DNA of 62,166 bases, counting the filler, from Stramenopiles sp. TOSAG23-3 (lineage: Eukaryota): assembly GCA_900128585.1 (NCBI GenBank). It is 6 parts of 6 records of this genome, joined end to end, with 100 filler letters (N's around TTAATTAATTAA, not from the genome) between each part and the next. Parts side by side here need not be neighbours in the genome. Positions count along the whole stretch, not along the records: positions 26,795 to 53,439 come from LT642271.1; positions 53,540 to 55,621 come from LT645101.1; positions 55,722 to 57,803 come from LT645102.1; 3 more parts are not named here. One strand, written 5' to 3'. The translations under genes and the position numbers were made by a program. The notes under the pieces are model-generated. The model ran no database searches and was not told where the DNA came from. It worked only from the letters and a program-made list of their open reading frames with translations. The stretch's first letter is position 1. Each line of letters starts with the position of its first letter. Of the stretch, positions 45,179 to 56,010 are shown piece by piece.

Positions 45179-47032
45179 ATGACGTCGTTTTTCCAGCCAA
45201 AAGCAGCCCACTTTCTAAAGTTTCTGAACCATAGCTTCCGAGAGGGATATGCAAACGTAATGCGAAGCGTGGAGTCGCCAAAGGTAAGGCTCCTCAGCGG
45301 GTCCGGCGAGTCCTCGCCAAAGCCCAAAGCAAACGAGAACTTGTGGAAACGTCGGTATTTTGTCTTGACGGAGGGCAAGCTTGCTCGGTACGTGGACGAA
45401 GAGCAGTCAAAGGCTGGGACGAACGGGAAAGTGCTGCTGCTTGCCGACGTCATTTCTATCCGAACAAAGCCCTCTTGGGGGAGCAATTGCTTTGAAGTAG
45501 AATGGAACGAGGGGAAGGTTTTGTTTCAAGTCAAAGACAAGGAGGAAAGGAACCTTTGGTTGTTTAGCTTTCAGAGGTCGATTGCATACATATTGACGCA
45601 GTTGTTGGCTGACGATGGCCCCAGCAGGTTGGGAAAAAGTTCCGAAGGCGAAAAGATGAGCCCACGCGCCAGCAATAGGCGACGCACCTCCGAAACGCCA
45701 GAAAGGCTGCAGCACGGCTCGGTCGGGGGGAATGGGATTGGTGCTGTTGACGGGTTCAAGCACACGGAGGCCGCACGGGAAAGCCCGTACATGCCCGGCG
45801 CGACCAGCCACCACGACAGCGTCAGCACAATACTTTTAGAACCCCCAGATCGGCGAGACTCGATGGATTCATCGGACGATTTGTTTATGTTTGACGATCT
45901 TGAACTCAGGGGTGGTGGGAACGCGGAGTCCCGGGACGAGGTAAAGCAACCCCCACTTTTGTGCAAGCATGGGTCTGCAAGTGACATTGGGTGCAGGAGT
46001 AAAATGGAGGACGAACTCATTTACACTAATGATTTAGAGGGCCTCTGCCAATCCGAATTGGGGCTCGATACGTCGAACGTGCAAATCGACGGTTTCAAAC
46101 ATTGGCAAGACGGAAGCAATTATTCTTGCAGGGAAATTGTAAAAGCAAACCCCTCGTCGCAGTGCGACAACATGTCATTTTTTGCAGTATACGACGGACA
46201 CGCCGGGACGTACGCAGCGAAATTCGTCTGCGAAAGATTGCATAAATATATTTACTGGCACCCGAAGTTTCTGGACGAAAACCTGGAGGCTTGCGTGAAA
46301 GAAGCGTTCTTGTCGTTAGACGAAGACCTGCTTCGTTCGCAAGTGCAAAATAAAGATTACAGTGGCTGCACGGCAGCCATAGCCCTGGTTCGTGAGACGA
46401 CGCTGTGCGTTGCCATGCTGGGCGATTCTCGGGTAATCCTGTGTAGAAACGGAGCAACGGAAGAACTTTTGGCGGCTCATTCCCCCGGCCTTGAGTCGGA
46501 GAAGGCACGGATAGAGAGTGTCAACGGGTGGGTAACAAAGGAAAAGGAGCTTCTGATATCTCGGTTAAGGCACATGGATTTGAACGACCCCTTTGTGAAA
46601 GAGAAGGCGCAGAAGCAAAGTTTTGTACAGGTTTACCGGGTGAATGGAGACCTCGGGGTAGCTCGGGCTTTTGGCGATCCTGAATTTAAAGAGAATGGAC
46701 TTCAAAATTCTCCAACGACTCTTTGGAATTGGCCGAAGGAGCATGGCAAGTCGTTCTCTGGAAGCCTCTTAACGAGCACCCCAGATATCCGAGTCACGGA
46801 GTTGCTGCCTTCCGACGATTTCATCATTTTGGCCTGCGATGGGCTTTGGGATGTGCTGACTCCCACGGAAGCCGTGAATAGGGTGACCAAGTATTTCTCC
46901 GAACAGGGAATGACAGAGGACCAGGCTTCCCAAAAACTGGTTGAGCTGGCGATGAAATTGGGAAGTTCAGACAACGTGTCCATTATTGTTGTCCGTTTTG
47001 TACATACGAGTAGTTTAAACAACACTGTGTAA
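45179..47032 (+). CDS. PH-domain PP2C (PPM) protein phosphatase
   Basis: PH WKRRYFVL..ERNLW; PP2C FFAVYDGHAG, SGCTA, GDSR, LGVARAFGD, ILACDGLWD, GSSDNVS. Confidence 0.93.
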   Translation: MTSFFQPKAAHFLKFLNHSFREGYANVMRSVESPKVRLLSGSGESSPKPKANENLWKRRYFVLTEGKLARYVDEEQSKAGTNGKVLLLADVISIRTKPSWGSNCFEVEWNEGKVLFQVKDKEERNLWLFSFQRSIAYILTQLLADDGPSRLGKSSEGEKMSPRASNRRRTSETPERLQHGSVGGNGIGAVDGFKHTEAARESPYMPGATSHHDSVSTILLEPPDRRDSMDSSDDLFMFDDLELRGGGNAESRDEVKQPPLLCKHGSASDIGCRSKMEDELIYTNDLEGLCQSELGLDTSNVQIDGFKHWQDGSNYSCREIVKANPSSQCDNMSFFAVYDGHAGTYAAKFVCERLHKYIYWHPKFLDENLEACVKEAFLSLDEDLLRSQVQNKDYSGCTAAIALVRETTLCVAMLGDSRVILCRNGATEELLAAHSPGLESEKARIESVNGWVTKEKELLISRLRHMDLNDPFVKEKAQKQSFVQVYRVNGDLGVARAFGDPEFKENGLQNSPTTLWNWPKEHGKSFSGSLLTSTPDIRVTELLPSDDFIILACDGLWDVLTPTEAVNRVTKYFSEQGMTEDQASQKLVELAMKLGSSDNVSIIVVRFVHTSSLNNTV

Positions 47033-47425
47033 TTGTTTCCTTTTAAACACCACACCAGCGCAAAAGTATTATAAGCACGGGGTTTCTAGCTTTGAAAAAG
47101 ACACTCTTGCGCGTGTAGAAAACTGTGTGTGAGCGGTGTATGCTATTTCAGTACGTTAAAAAAAAACAAATTATATAAAACATACTATATAATCAGTTTT
47201 TTTTTTATATATATATGAGTATGTTGTGTATCCATACAAAGACATTGCCTTATCATTACAAAAGGAACCTGAATTAAGATTCTTATGAGGATAATCGGTC
47301 CACAGACCGAAGCTGCATCTATTGTTTTCGATAGGTCTGCGTCATCGCATGAGCAAGTGATGATCTACCGTTTTCCAAAGATTGTGGTTCACAATCTATT
47401 TTGAGGCGTTCAAGCTTCAAATCGT

Positions 47426-47763
47426 TTATTGTCGTTTCAATTTATCACTGGGTGAGTTACCACTTGAAAGGAAGAACGCAACAGAGAAAAGAACAGCTTG
47501 AAACCCAGTAATAGAAACGATTGGAATCTTTTTATAAAACCCTTGGTCCACATTGGGATCTACACCGTTATCTCCTAGATAACCAGCGCCGTGTGCGTGA
47601 ACCAAACAAACTGATGATGCCCAAACCGCAAGCATCAAGTGTACCACAGCTACTTGTTTTGTTCCCTTTTCAAGAAACACTATTGCATAGATAGCACCAG
47701 CACCCAAGCCTAGGAAAAGTGTTGCCTCAACTCTTGCAATGACGAGCAGGTTCGATAAGTATG
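47426..47763 (-). CDS. Small multi-pass membrane protein, terminal exon or fragment; start not resolved
   Basis: Open frame YLSNLLVIARVEATLFLGLGAGAIYAIV..; hydrophobic segments; possible TAG acceptor near 47764. Confidence 0.45.
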
Positions 47764-47976
47764 CTAATTAAGAAACTAAATTTTTCAACCGCAAAAAGCT
47801 TGAGAAAAAAGAAAGAAAGAAAGAAAGAAAGAACAGCAACAAACTAAATTTTCCTCTTGTACTTGACATTTTCTCTAACTACATTGCATTGACATCTAGA
47901 CGGTGTCACACAGTCCACAGAGAGAGAGAACCACAATTTCGTAGTTAAGTATTACCAAGTATTAAGCAGACGCAGC

Positions 47977-49338
47977 TTACTCCTGGAGGGAGACCTTTGC
48001 TAATTCAATTTTATCTGATCCAACTGCAATTCCTACAACTGGGTTAAGATACGATTCCTTGCTTGACTGCCCTTGTTTATCTTTGCGTCCTTGTTGTTTC
48101 ATGGCCCACCACACTACAACAACGAAAATAATGACACCAAAGGCAATTAAAGCATACTTTCCAAAAGTTGATAGAGGACTCTTTTTTTTAGTCTCTGAAT
48201 TTGAGGATACCTTGCTTTGCAACGTTGTTGTTGTTAGTAATGATGTTGTTGTGCTTGTCGTTGTAGTGGTCGTCGTAGTCGATATTGATGGTGTTGTCGT
48301 CGTAGTCGGAGCTTCGGTTGTGGTTGTAGTTTCGGTAGGGAGTTCCGTGTTTGCAAAGATAAATGCTTTCCTTGCATTATTGGGTGCACCGACAATAGCG
48401 TAGTTGTCCATACCAACGGAGATACCAAAACCATTTTCACTTGTGTGCCCGTCGATCGTTGCAATGGCGGTCGTGTTCCATACACCGTTGTTGATAGCAA
48501 AGATAAATGCTTTCTTTGCAGTAGATGCACCGACAATAGCGTAGTTGTCCGTCATGGCAACGGAGTAACCAAAAGCACTTTCACTAGTGTAACCGTCGAT
48601 CGTTGCAACGGCAGTCGTGCTCCATACACCGTTGTTGATAGCAAAGATGAAGGCTTTATTTGCACCATATGCACCGACAATAGCGTAGTTGTCCGTCATG
48701 GCAACGGACACACCAAAAACACTTTCACTTGTGTACCCGTCGATCGTTGCAACGGCCGTGGTGTTCCATACACCGTTGTCGTTAGCAAAGATAAATGCTT
48801 TGTTTGCATTTCTTGCACCGACAATAGCGTAGTTGTCCGTCATGGCAACGGAGCCACCAAAATTAATTTCACTTGTATATCCGTCGATCGTTGCAACGGC
48901 CGTGGTGTTCCATACACCGTTGCTGATAGCAAAGACAAATGCTTTCTTAGCAGCATATGCACCAACAATAGCGTAGTTGTCCGTCATTGAAACGGAGATA
49001 CCAAANNNNNNNNNNNNNNNNNNNNNNNNNNNNNNNNNNNNNNNNNNNNNNNNNNNNNNNNNNNNNNNNNNNNNNNNNCCAAAACCATTTTCACTTGTGT
49101 ACCCGTCGATCGTTGCAACGGCGGTGGTGTTCCATACACCGTTGCTGGTAGCAAAGATAAATACTTTCTTTGCACCAAGTGCACCGACAATAGCTAAGTG
49201 GTCCGACATTGAAACGGAATTGCCAAAGAACTCTTCACTCGTATACCCGTCGATCGTTGCAACGGCGGTCGTGTTCCACGCAGCACGCGAGGAAGAAGCA
49301 AACGTTATTAATAAGAGCAGCGCTTTGGAGACACTCAT
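47977..49338 (-). CDS. FG-GAP-repeat (integrin-alpha-like propeller) type I membrane protein with Thr-rich stalk; contains an N gap
   Basis: Signal peptide; 49-aa repeats FGxSVAMTDNYAIVGA; poly-Thr; TM ALIAFGVIIFVVVVWW. Confidence 0.88.
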   Translation of the reverse strand: MSVSKALLLLITFASSSRAAWNTTAVATIDGYTSEEFFGNSVSMSDHLAIVGALGAKKVFIFATSNGVWNTTAVATIDGYTSENGFXXXXXXXXXXXXXXXXXXXXXXXXXFGISVSMTDNYAIVGAYAAKKAFVFAISNGVWNTTAVATIDGYTSEINFGGSVAMTDNYAIVGARNANKAFIFANDNGVWNTTAVATIDGYTSESVFGVSVAMTDNYAIVGAYGANKAFIFAINNGVWSTTAVATIDGYTSESAFGYSVAMTDNYAIVGASTAKKAFIFAINNGVWNTTAIATIDGHTSENGFGISVGMDNYAIVGAPNNARKAFIFANTELPTETTTTTEAPTTTTTPSISTTTTTTTTSTTTSLLTTTTLQSKVSSNSETKKKSPLSTFGKYALIAFGVIIFVVVVWWAMKQQGRKDKQGQSSKESYLNPVVGIAVGSDKIELAKVSLQE

Positions 49339-49737
49339 GTTTATTTTTCGCTAGAGAAGAATCTATGGTTGTATTTTCTTTGCTTCGGACGAAGCGTAAA
49401 ACAATATCTTTAAAAATGCTTCGTTTTAGGAAAGTGTTAGGTTTACTGAACTATCTTCGGAAACAGTTGTGTCCGAATCGGATACCAAAAATCTAAGAAA
49501 TAGTTATTATAAGTATATGTTTTAGAATATGACTATATCGTATCTATATTCAAAATCACGATAGTAATTTAAAAATTCGATTTGATGCACAACAATATAT
49601 AAATAATAGCAAATAACAGCAGGAGAAATATTAATGATATTGGGAAATATATTTATGTTTTTTGTTGTAGAGTAGAATCAAATAAGAGTGGGCTTTTTGT
49701 TTTAAAGTTAAAAGTTGTTTGGTTTAGTGAAAAAACA

Positions 49738-49904
49738 CCGAAATTAAAAAATTTCCCTGCTATGTCATGTATCTTGCGGTGCACCAATTCCGAAATTAAA
49801 AAATTTCCCTGCTATGTGATGTATCTCGCGGTGCACCAATTCCGAAATTAAAATTTTCCCCTGCTATGTGATGTATCTCGCGGTGCACCAATTCCGAAAT
49901 TAAA
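49738..49904. repeat. 52-bp tandem repeat, ~3.2 copies
   Basis: CCGAAATTAAA..CCCTGCTATGTGATGTATCTCGCGGTGCACCAATT units start at 49738, 49790, 49842, 49894. Confidence 0.95.
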
Positions 49905-50168
49905 GCATAGCCCTAATAATTGGCAATAATTATTAGGGATCCTCGTAGATAATACAAAAGAGGGGGGGAGGGATATATTTTAGAAGAAAAGTTTAAGAAG
50001 GAAGGTCTCCGTCATTCGAGAGGCCATTGAATGATTACACAATAATACTATTCATCAAAATCATGCATTCTTTTCATTTCGTGCATCGCGCTTGGCCTGT
50101 AGAAAATATTCTCTTCAATTTCAAGTTTCAATCCCATTTCAAATATTTGCAAATACATTGGAATAGAA

Positions 50169-50624
50169 ATGCGCGCATTTCTGGCTATCCTCGTTTTCCT
50201 TTGCCAAGTGTATTTTTCGGTAGGTATATCGAATTTATGGGGGTGCAAATGTAACGGTTGTGAAAAGGGAGACTACAATTTAGGATCTGATTGCGAACTA
50301 ACCGCACCGTATTACACGAACAATTTAAAGCTAAGTGGGAGAGCATATGTCGATCAGCATTCTATTTTGCCGTTCATTAGTTATGAGAACACAGTCACGT
50401 CACAAAACCGCCATTTGCTGAACAACTTTATCGTCAGCGAAGGCACCACCCTTGAGCTGAGAACGCTTAGGATAGGGAGAAAAGTTCCTGATGGCATAAC
50501 AATCGTCTTTATCAGGCAAAGTGCAAGTCTTGTTGCTGTCAACGTGACGTTTTCTAGCGGCTCAGGCTATGATATGTGTGCATGCACACGATTTTTGACA
50601 CTAGGGTTGAATTACTTCCTGTAG
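50169..50624 (+). CDS. Putative secreted protein, possibly truncated or a pseudogene
   Basis: ATG with signal peptide MRAFLAILVFLCQVYFS; Cys motif and beta-rich stretch; short, no recognisable family. Confidence 0.4.
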   Translation: MRAFLAILVFLCQVYFSVGISNLWGCKCNGCEKGDYNLGSDCELTAPYYTNNLKLSGRAYVDQHSILPFISYENTVTSQNRHLLNNFIVSEGTTLELRTLRIGRKVPDGITIVFIRQSASLVAVNVTFSSGSGYDMCACTRFLTLGLNYFL

Positions 50625-51002
50625 TCGAGCTATAGTTATAATACTGGCAGGTTCTTACACAGTTTTGAACGGGTTTGATTAAAGTATCGGTGTGAAAAAC
50701 GTTCTTCACTGAACCATTCGCAACTTGCTCTTGCATACACTGTGTTGGAAAGGGTCCGCGTTTCCCATGATACCCTGGACTAACTACTATTGTAATAATA
50801 TTATTAGAGACTAATATAATAATAAAATAATTATTATTTATTAAAACAAAATTTATAGTATCATATGTTTTAAGACTCTCATTTTAAACTATTTATTATT
50901 AATTATTATTATGGACTAATTTAGAATAATTGCGTTAGGAAAAGTTAGGAAATTTTAGGCGTAATTAGGCAGAAGCGCGATATTAATATACGTTAATGAA
51001 TT

Positions 51003-51052
51003 ATTACTTAAATAACAGCCAATTTTCTTGTTTTTTTTAAAAACAAGAAAAA
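51003..51052 (+). mobile_element. T-tailed core followed tail-to-tail by an inverted fragment
   Basis: ATTACTTAAATAACAGCCAATTTTCTTGT8 then AAAAACAAGAAAA. Confidence 0.7.
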
Positions 51053-51081
51053 CTTTACATTAATTTGGGATGAGTTCCATA

Positions 51082-53439
51082 TCACTCTGCCTTTTTCATG
51101 GGCCCCATTCTGGGAAATAGAATGTTCGGAAATTTCTGCGCAACCACAGCAAATTCTTCTCTGCTGACCTTTCCATCACCGTCTTTGTCGACTTGGCGAA
51201 GGATCGTCTTCGCCTTTTTCAGCACTTGCTTGTCATCTGTGGCCATGTGCGTTGCTCTTAATATTTTCACGAGCTCCTCCTCGGTCAAAAACCCATTGTT
51301 ATCTTCATCGTACAGTTTGAACGTGAAAGTAACTTTGTGATCTCGGCTTTCTCCGCTAAAATTGTTTATCCCCAACAAAAATTCTCTCATATCGATCTTT
51401 CCTTCGGCGGTTCCATCAGCGGCATCGTACAAATGGAAAAGCTCTTTGTTTTCACCAGTCGGTTCCACTCGGCAGCACCGTATCCATTCGTCAAACGTGA
51501 CCTCGTCGTCGCCAAGTTCTTTGCTTTCTCGGCACACTTTGCGCCACCGATCGTACGTTTCTCGTATGAACGAGGCCCTCACACGATTTTCTTCTGCAAA
51601 CTGGCCCAGCAGCTTCTTTTTCTGCTGCTTCAGCGCCATTAATTTCCCTCTCTCTGCCGCGGACATCTTTGCCTCAGCTACCTGCACCTTGCTGCTCCCT
51701 TCCGGTGGAGGGGGGGCAGCCATATCTTTCAATTTTTCTGGGTTGAAATCTGGGGCACCAGGGTCGGGATGAACAACGAGCAAGAAAAATTCTGCAAATG
51801 AGACTTGGCCATCTCCGTCCGTGTCAACCATTCGAATCATTTCATCGACCTCTTCGTCGGTAATTAGTTCTCCCATGCATATCAAAATATGGCGTATCTC
51901 AGCAGCGCCGATGAACCCGTTTTTATCGAGGTCTAGAAAATGAAACGCATCTTTGATCTCTTGGTCCGTAAATTCCATCGACGAGCCAGGAGGTCGAGTA
52001 GGCTTCTCCTCTTCTGGGCCTGCCTCTTCTGCAGCCCTCTGTTCCGACGCCGCGGTACCAGGTTTGGTGTCCCCACCGAGTTCTTCGTGAAATGCGTCGT
52101 GGGCTTCATCCGCCTCCAGTTTCTCTTTCTTTGCCTCCGCTTCCCTGTCCCTTCTATTAGAGTCATCGAACGAATCGATTTCTGGCCGCCTCTGAGGATA
52201 TGCGACCCCAGGAACGCCTACAAAGTCAAATTCTACGTGGATTTCACCAGCACCGATTCTCTTTCCCCATTTGTCCTTGATCCCAAGCGGAACCCACTGG
52301 TCCGCAAAACCATTTTTGTAGACGGGGAGCAAAGATATTGCCGACTTTCCAATAACATCATCAGAACCAATCAGGTCCTCGTCCATAACGTCTATTGTCA
52401 GCTCGTACTGGTGCACGATTGGCATATAGTGCACCTCCTCCCACACCGGCTCCGTTCCACCATCTGTATCGGTCTTCGTCCGGCGCTCCATTTTGTGTAT
52501 GGGGGTATTCATACGGAAATAAGTGTACGGGTCTTGCCGCCCGAAAGAATCCGAATCAATCAAATTTCGACCAGCGTGGCAAGTTATCTTCAACTGTCCA
52601 GCTGGGAAAAATTGAAGCTTCATCTGGACCTCCCCCGCCTTCTTTCCTTTGTTTGTGATCTCGAACCAATCGTGCATTGGCTCTTTTCGACAAAACAACG
52701 GCAGCAAAGAAAACCGCCTTCCCCCAATCAAATCATCCGAACCTATATCTTCATCAAAACAGCTGAACACTAACGGGTTCGTCCATTGCTCTTTGCCTAT
52801 CCAAAATTCGCACTCCTCTTCGTTGAAGTAAGGGTTTGTCCCCCCTTTCTTCACCGTCTTCGTTCTCTGCTTCGCCTTCCCTAAAGTAAATTTGCAGTAT
52901 GGATCTTGTTTGCCTACCAATTCCATATTTTTCAAGTTACGGCCTTCGTAGCACGTAATAACTAGGAGCCCTTCCCAAGAAGGCAGGAATTCAATTTGAA
53001 GCCGAAGCTCCCCGGCCGGTTGGGTCCCTTGCTTAGACGTAAACGATAGTGGCCACCACTCTATGGACTTGTTTTCATTAAGCACCCCGTACCGTTCGTC
53101 TTCCATCTCCATAAAGTCTAGCGCAGATATTGTTATTTCACCCATTAAATCATCCGAAAATCTATTGTTGTCCCAAATTTGTACATGCAAAGCAATCTCG
53201 TCGTCTTCCCCGTTCTTTGAAATAAACTGGTTTGGGTCAACAATATCAAACTGGAGAACCTCATCATCCAGCGAAAACGCATTTTTCTGCTTCTTTTTTA
53301 TTTTCCCTTTCTGCACCGGGGCTTTCTTGTCCGTGCCTAATTTTAATTTCACGTACGGATCGACTTTTTGCCCTGGTTGTTTCATTCCCAAAGCATTGTG
53401 TGCCGTGACATCCCTCGCTTCGAGCAAAATGATTCTCAA
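51082..53439 (-). CDS. Triple-C2 plus multi-EF-hand Ca2+-binding protein, 5'-partial
   Basis: Three C2 domains (DPYV/DPYC/DPYT, D.D.IGSDD.IG); calmodulin-like [12 protein letters not shown] and [12 protein letters not shown]; calcineurin-B-like [16 protein letters not shown] and [12 protein letters not shown]. Confidence 0.9.
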   Translation of the reverse strand: MRIILLEARDVTAHNALGMKQPGQKVDPYVKLKLGTDKKAPVQKGKIKKKQKNAFSLDDEVLQFDIVDPNQFISKNGEDDEIALHVQIWDNNRFSDDLMGEITISALDFMEMEDERYGVLNENKSIEWWPLSFTSKQGTQPAGELRLQIEFLPSWEGLLVITCYEGRNLKNMELVGKQDPYCKFTLGKAKQRTKTVKKGGTNPYFNEEECEFWIGKEQWTNPLVFSCFDEDIGSDDLIGGRRFSLLPLFCRKEPMHDWFEITNKGKKAGEVQMKLQFFPAGQLKITCHAGRNLIDSDSFGRQDPYTYFRMNTPIHKMERRTKTDTDGGTEPVWEEVHYMPIVHQYELTIDVMDEDLIGSDDVIGKSAISLLPVYKNGFADQWVPLGIKDKWGKRIGAGEIHVEFDFVGVPGVAYPQRRPEIDSFDDSNRRDREAEAKKEKLEADEAHDAFHEELGGDTKPGTAASEQRAAEEAGPEEEKPTRPPGSSMEFTDQEIKDAFHFLDLDKNGFIGAAEIRHILICMGELITDEEVDEMIRMVDTDGDGQVSFAEFFLLVVHPDPGAPDFNPEKLKDMAAPPPPEGSSKVQVAEAKMSAAERGKLMALKQQKKKLLGQFAEENRVRASFIRETYDRWRKVCRESKELGDDEVTFDEWIRCCRVEPTGENKELFHLYDAADGTAEGKIDMREFLLGINNFSGESRDHKVTFTFKLYDEDNNGFLTEEELVKILRATHMATDDKQVLKKAKTILRQVDKDGDGKVSREEFAVVAQKFPNILFPRMGPMKKAE

Positions 53440-53539
53440 NNNNNNNNNNNNNNNNNNNNNNNNNNNNNNNNNNNNNNNNNNNNTTAATTAATTAANNNNN
53501 NNNNNNNNNNNNNNNNNNNNNNNNNNNNNNNNNNNNNNN

Positions 53540-54372
53540 ACAAGCAAAAGGCGTACCAAGAGGAATGGAGGGAAATACAGAAGCTGGAAAAATCGCAAGC
53601 GTTGAACACCGACCTTGCCTATTTGAAACGGGTGGATGATGAAATCCTGGCCGCAAAACAGAGGGACATCGAATTGGTGGAGCAGCGACGACTAGAGGCC
53701 GAAGAGACGATGATTTCGAACAATGCGCAGCGTGCAAAAAAGATGGCCGACCTTCAGAGGGAAAAAGACGAAGACAAGGAAAGAATGCGGCAATGGGAAG
53801 CCCAAGAGACTGCGAAAGAAGCGCGCCGTAGAGCCGATTTGGAAAACATGAAGAAGTACCAGGCAACGTTGATGGACATTGGGAATGAGGCGGTCGAACG
53901 GCAACGGGAGTTGGACAGAATAACAGACATGAACATCCAGAAGGCTATAGACAAGAAAGAGGAAAAAGCAAGACTTGCGGCCGAGGCATCCGCTCAGGCC
54001 AGGGCACGGATGATTCAGGAGACCAATGAATGGCGCGCGAAAGAGGCAAAATCGCGCGCGGACTTCTTAGCACAAGAAAAATTTCAGGAAGACGAACGTA
54101 TCCGAAAAATGCAGGAAGCGTTCAAACTCGCAGAGGAAGAGGCGATAAAAAAGAAGGTGAGGGAATCGCAAGCCAAGGCCCAGTACAAGACCGAATTGAT
54201 GAGACAAATGCAACAGCAGAGAGAGGCCAAACGCCGAAGTATGGTTGAGATGAGTCCCCATGAAGCTGCAGTTAATGCTGATGTGTTGAAGAAATTTCGT
54301 CCGAATCCTGGCGGCCAATATACGCAAAGGGGAACGTCGTTGGCCCGGGCCGGTGGGAACATTATATTCTAA
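53540..54372 (+). CDS. Coiled-coil protein, trichoplein-homology/ciliary CFAP-like, 5'-partial
   Basis: E/R/K/Q-rich helix; C-terminal YKTELMRQM..MSPHEAAVNADVL; frame open from the gap. Confidence 0.6.
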
Positions 54373-54435
54373 AAAAAAGTAGTCAGAGAGAGAGAGAGAG
54401 AGACTATGGGCATACATTTTTAATAATTTTAATTA

Positions 54436-54813
54436 TGACGCTAAATTTAATTACTTAAATAACAGCCAATTTTCTTGTTTTTAAAGACAACGAGCACCTC
54501 TAAAACATTTGCACCGCTGCTTGGAAAATCACACAAGGTTTGAGTTATCTATGAGTGAGACATCGGACGAGGAAGTTGACTACGGGTCATTAGCGAGCGT
54601 TGCCCATCCACCCATATACCGATTCGGATCATGCATGGAGTACATCAGAATTACTTAAATAACAGCCAATTTTCTTGTTTTTAAAGACAATCCGCACAAT
54701 GAGAGATAAGTTTTTAAGTTAATCAAATTTTAAATCTTCCCCTTGCCCCTAGATTAACGCGAAATGTTCTTTTTATATTTTTTGTTTTTAAATAAGAGCC
54801 AATTTTTTGTTTT
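54436..54813 (+). mobile_element. Three core copies (54449, 54649, degenerate 54788) around coding-remnant copy A
   Basis: 42-bp exact direct repeat at 54449-54490 and 54649-54690. Confidence 0.75.
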
Positions 54814-54831
54814 TAGGAAAACAAACGCGCT

Positions 54832-55621
54832 TCACAAAAACTTCTTCAGCTGTGCCAGCAAATGGTGGGGCACCTTGCGCCTCAGAAGAAAGCTTCCATA
54901 CTCGTACAATCCTCGTATCCAGAAACATTTGTCGGTTTCGTCGAACGTCATTTCTCCATAATACATCGTGGTAGTCCTTACTTCCTTGCCATCAAAATGC
55001 ACCATGGTACTCACTTGTGTCCGTTTTTCAAGTACAATGTTTTTGTTGAGTTGCACAACGTGTCCATCCTGATCGTGGGTCCACTCCCAGCACCATGTTC
55101 CCGAAACAATGTATGGCTGCCCATCTGCAGTGCCCTGTCCCATAATATGCCCTGTAATCGTATTCTTCTTGTCGCTGGTGTTTTCGTCCATGTCCGTTTT
55201 TTTCTTGCCAGGGGTCTTTGTACTGCTTCCTCCTTTCGTCTGTTTGATCTCAAATTTCAAATTGCTAATGCCCCACGATTGAAAATTGGGGTCCTTCCTG
55301 TTGACTCGAGATTCGCCCGACCAGACCCCTCCTAATACCACTTCCATCACATGGCGCTGGACGCTTTTATTGTCAAAATCTTCCACAAGCAAACGATGCT
55401 GCTTCCTAGGAGAATGTTTTCGCCTTGTCCGCAGTATCGGGCTAATCGGGGCAATCTTCTTCGTTACAGGGGCTGGGTGTTTCAGTTGTTTTGATATAGT
55501 ACAAAACGGACGGGAATCTCCAACGATGCCCACCTCCGGAACTGTCGATTGAAAAACTCTCAGAAGTTTTGGTGGCGGTTTGTTCAGAACGGGGAAGTGC
55601 GATTTTCCCGACTTTCGGCTG
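54832..55621 (-). CDS. Hypothetical protein, 5'-partial, with beta-rich C-terminal domain
   Basis: Frame open from the gap to the stop; coding-like composition. Confidence 0.6.
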
Positions 55622-56010
55622 NNNNNNNNNNNNNNNNNNNNNNNNNNNNNNNNNNNNNNNNNNNNTTAATTAATTAANNNNNNNNNNNNNNNNNNNNNNN
55701 NNNNNNNNNNNNNNNNNNNNNAAGAAGAAGAAGAAAAAATAAAATAATGTAATACACTCATCATCACAACTAACCACACAAAGGAATAAAATTCAACAAC
55801 AACAAGAAACACTCTTTAAGTCGTCTATAATAAAGTAACAAGAAGGTGTCATGAATAGTAATAAAATAATGCATTTTCCTCTTTGTTTTGGAGGATCAAT
55901 TTGCAATTTCAATTGTGTGTACATACACGCCTCATATTGTACACGAGAGACGCGCGACTACTTACTGCTGCAAACGGAGGGCGCTATTTCAAATTTTCAT
56001 CCTTTTGGGC

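Noticed and set aside
49738-49904. CRISPR-like periodicity
   Set aside because: Whole units are near-identical with no unique spacers; no cas genes; eukaryotic context
50930-50970. TTAGG-rich telomere-like words (also 3541-3550, 36319-36324)
   Set aside because: Too few and irregular to call interstitial telomeric repeats
54449-54813. 34-42 bp direct repeats with unique intervening sequence, resembling CRISPR or integron arrays
   Set aside because: Irregular spacing, both orientations, dispersed copies and TSDs fit retroposition better
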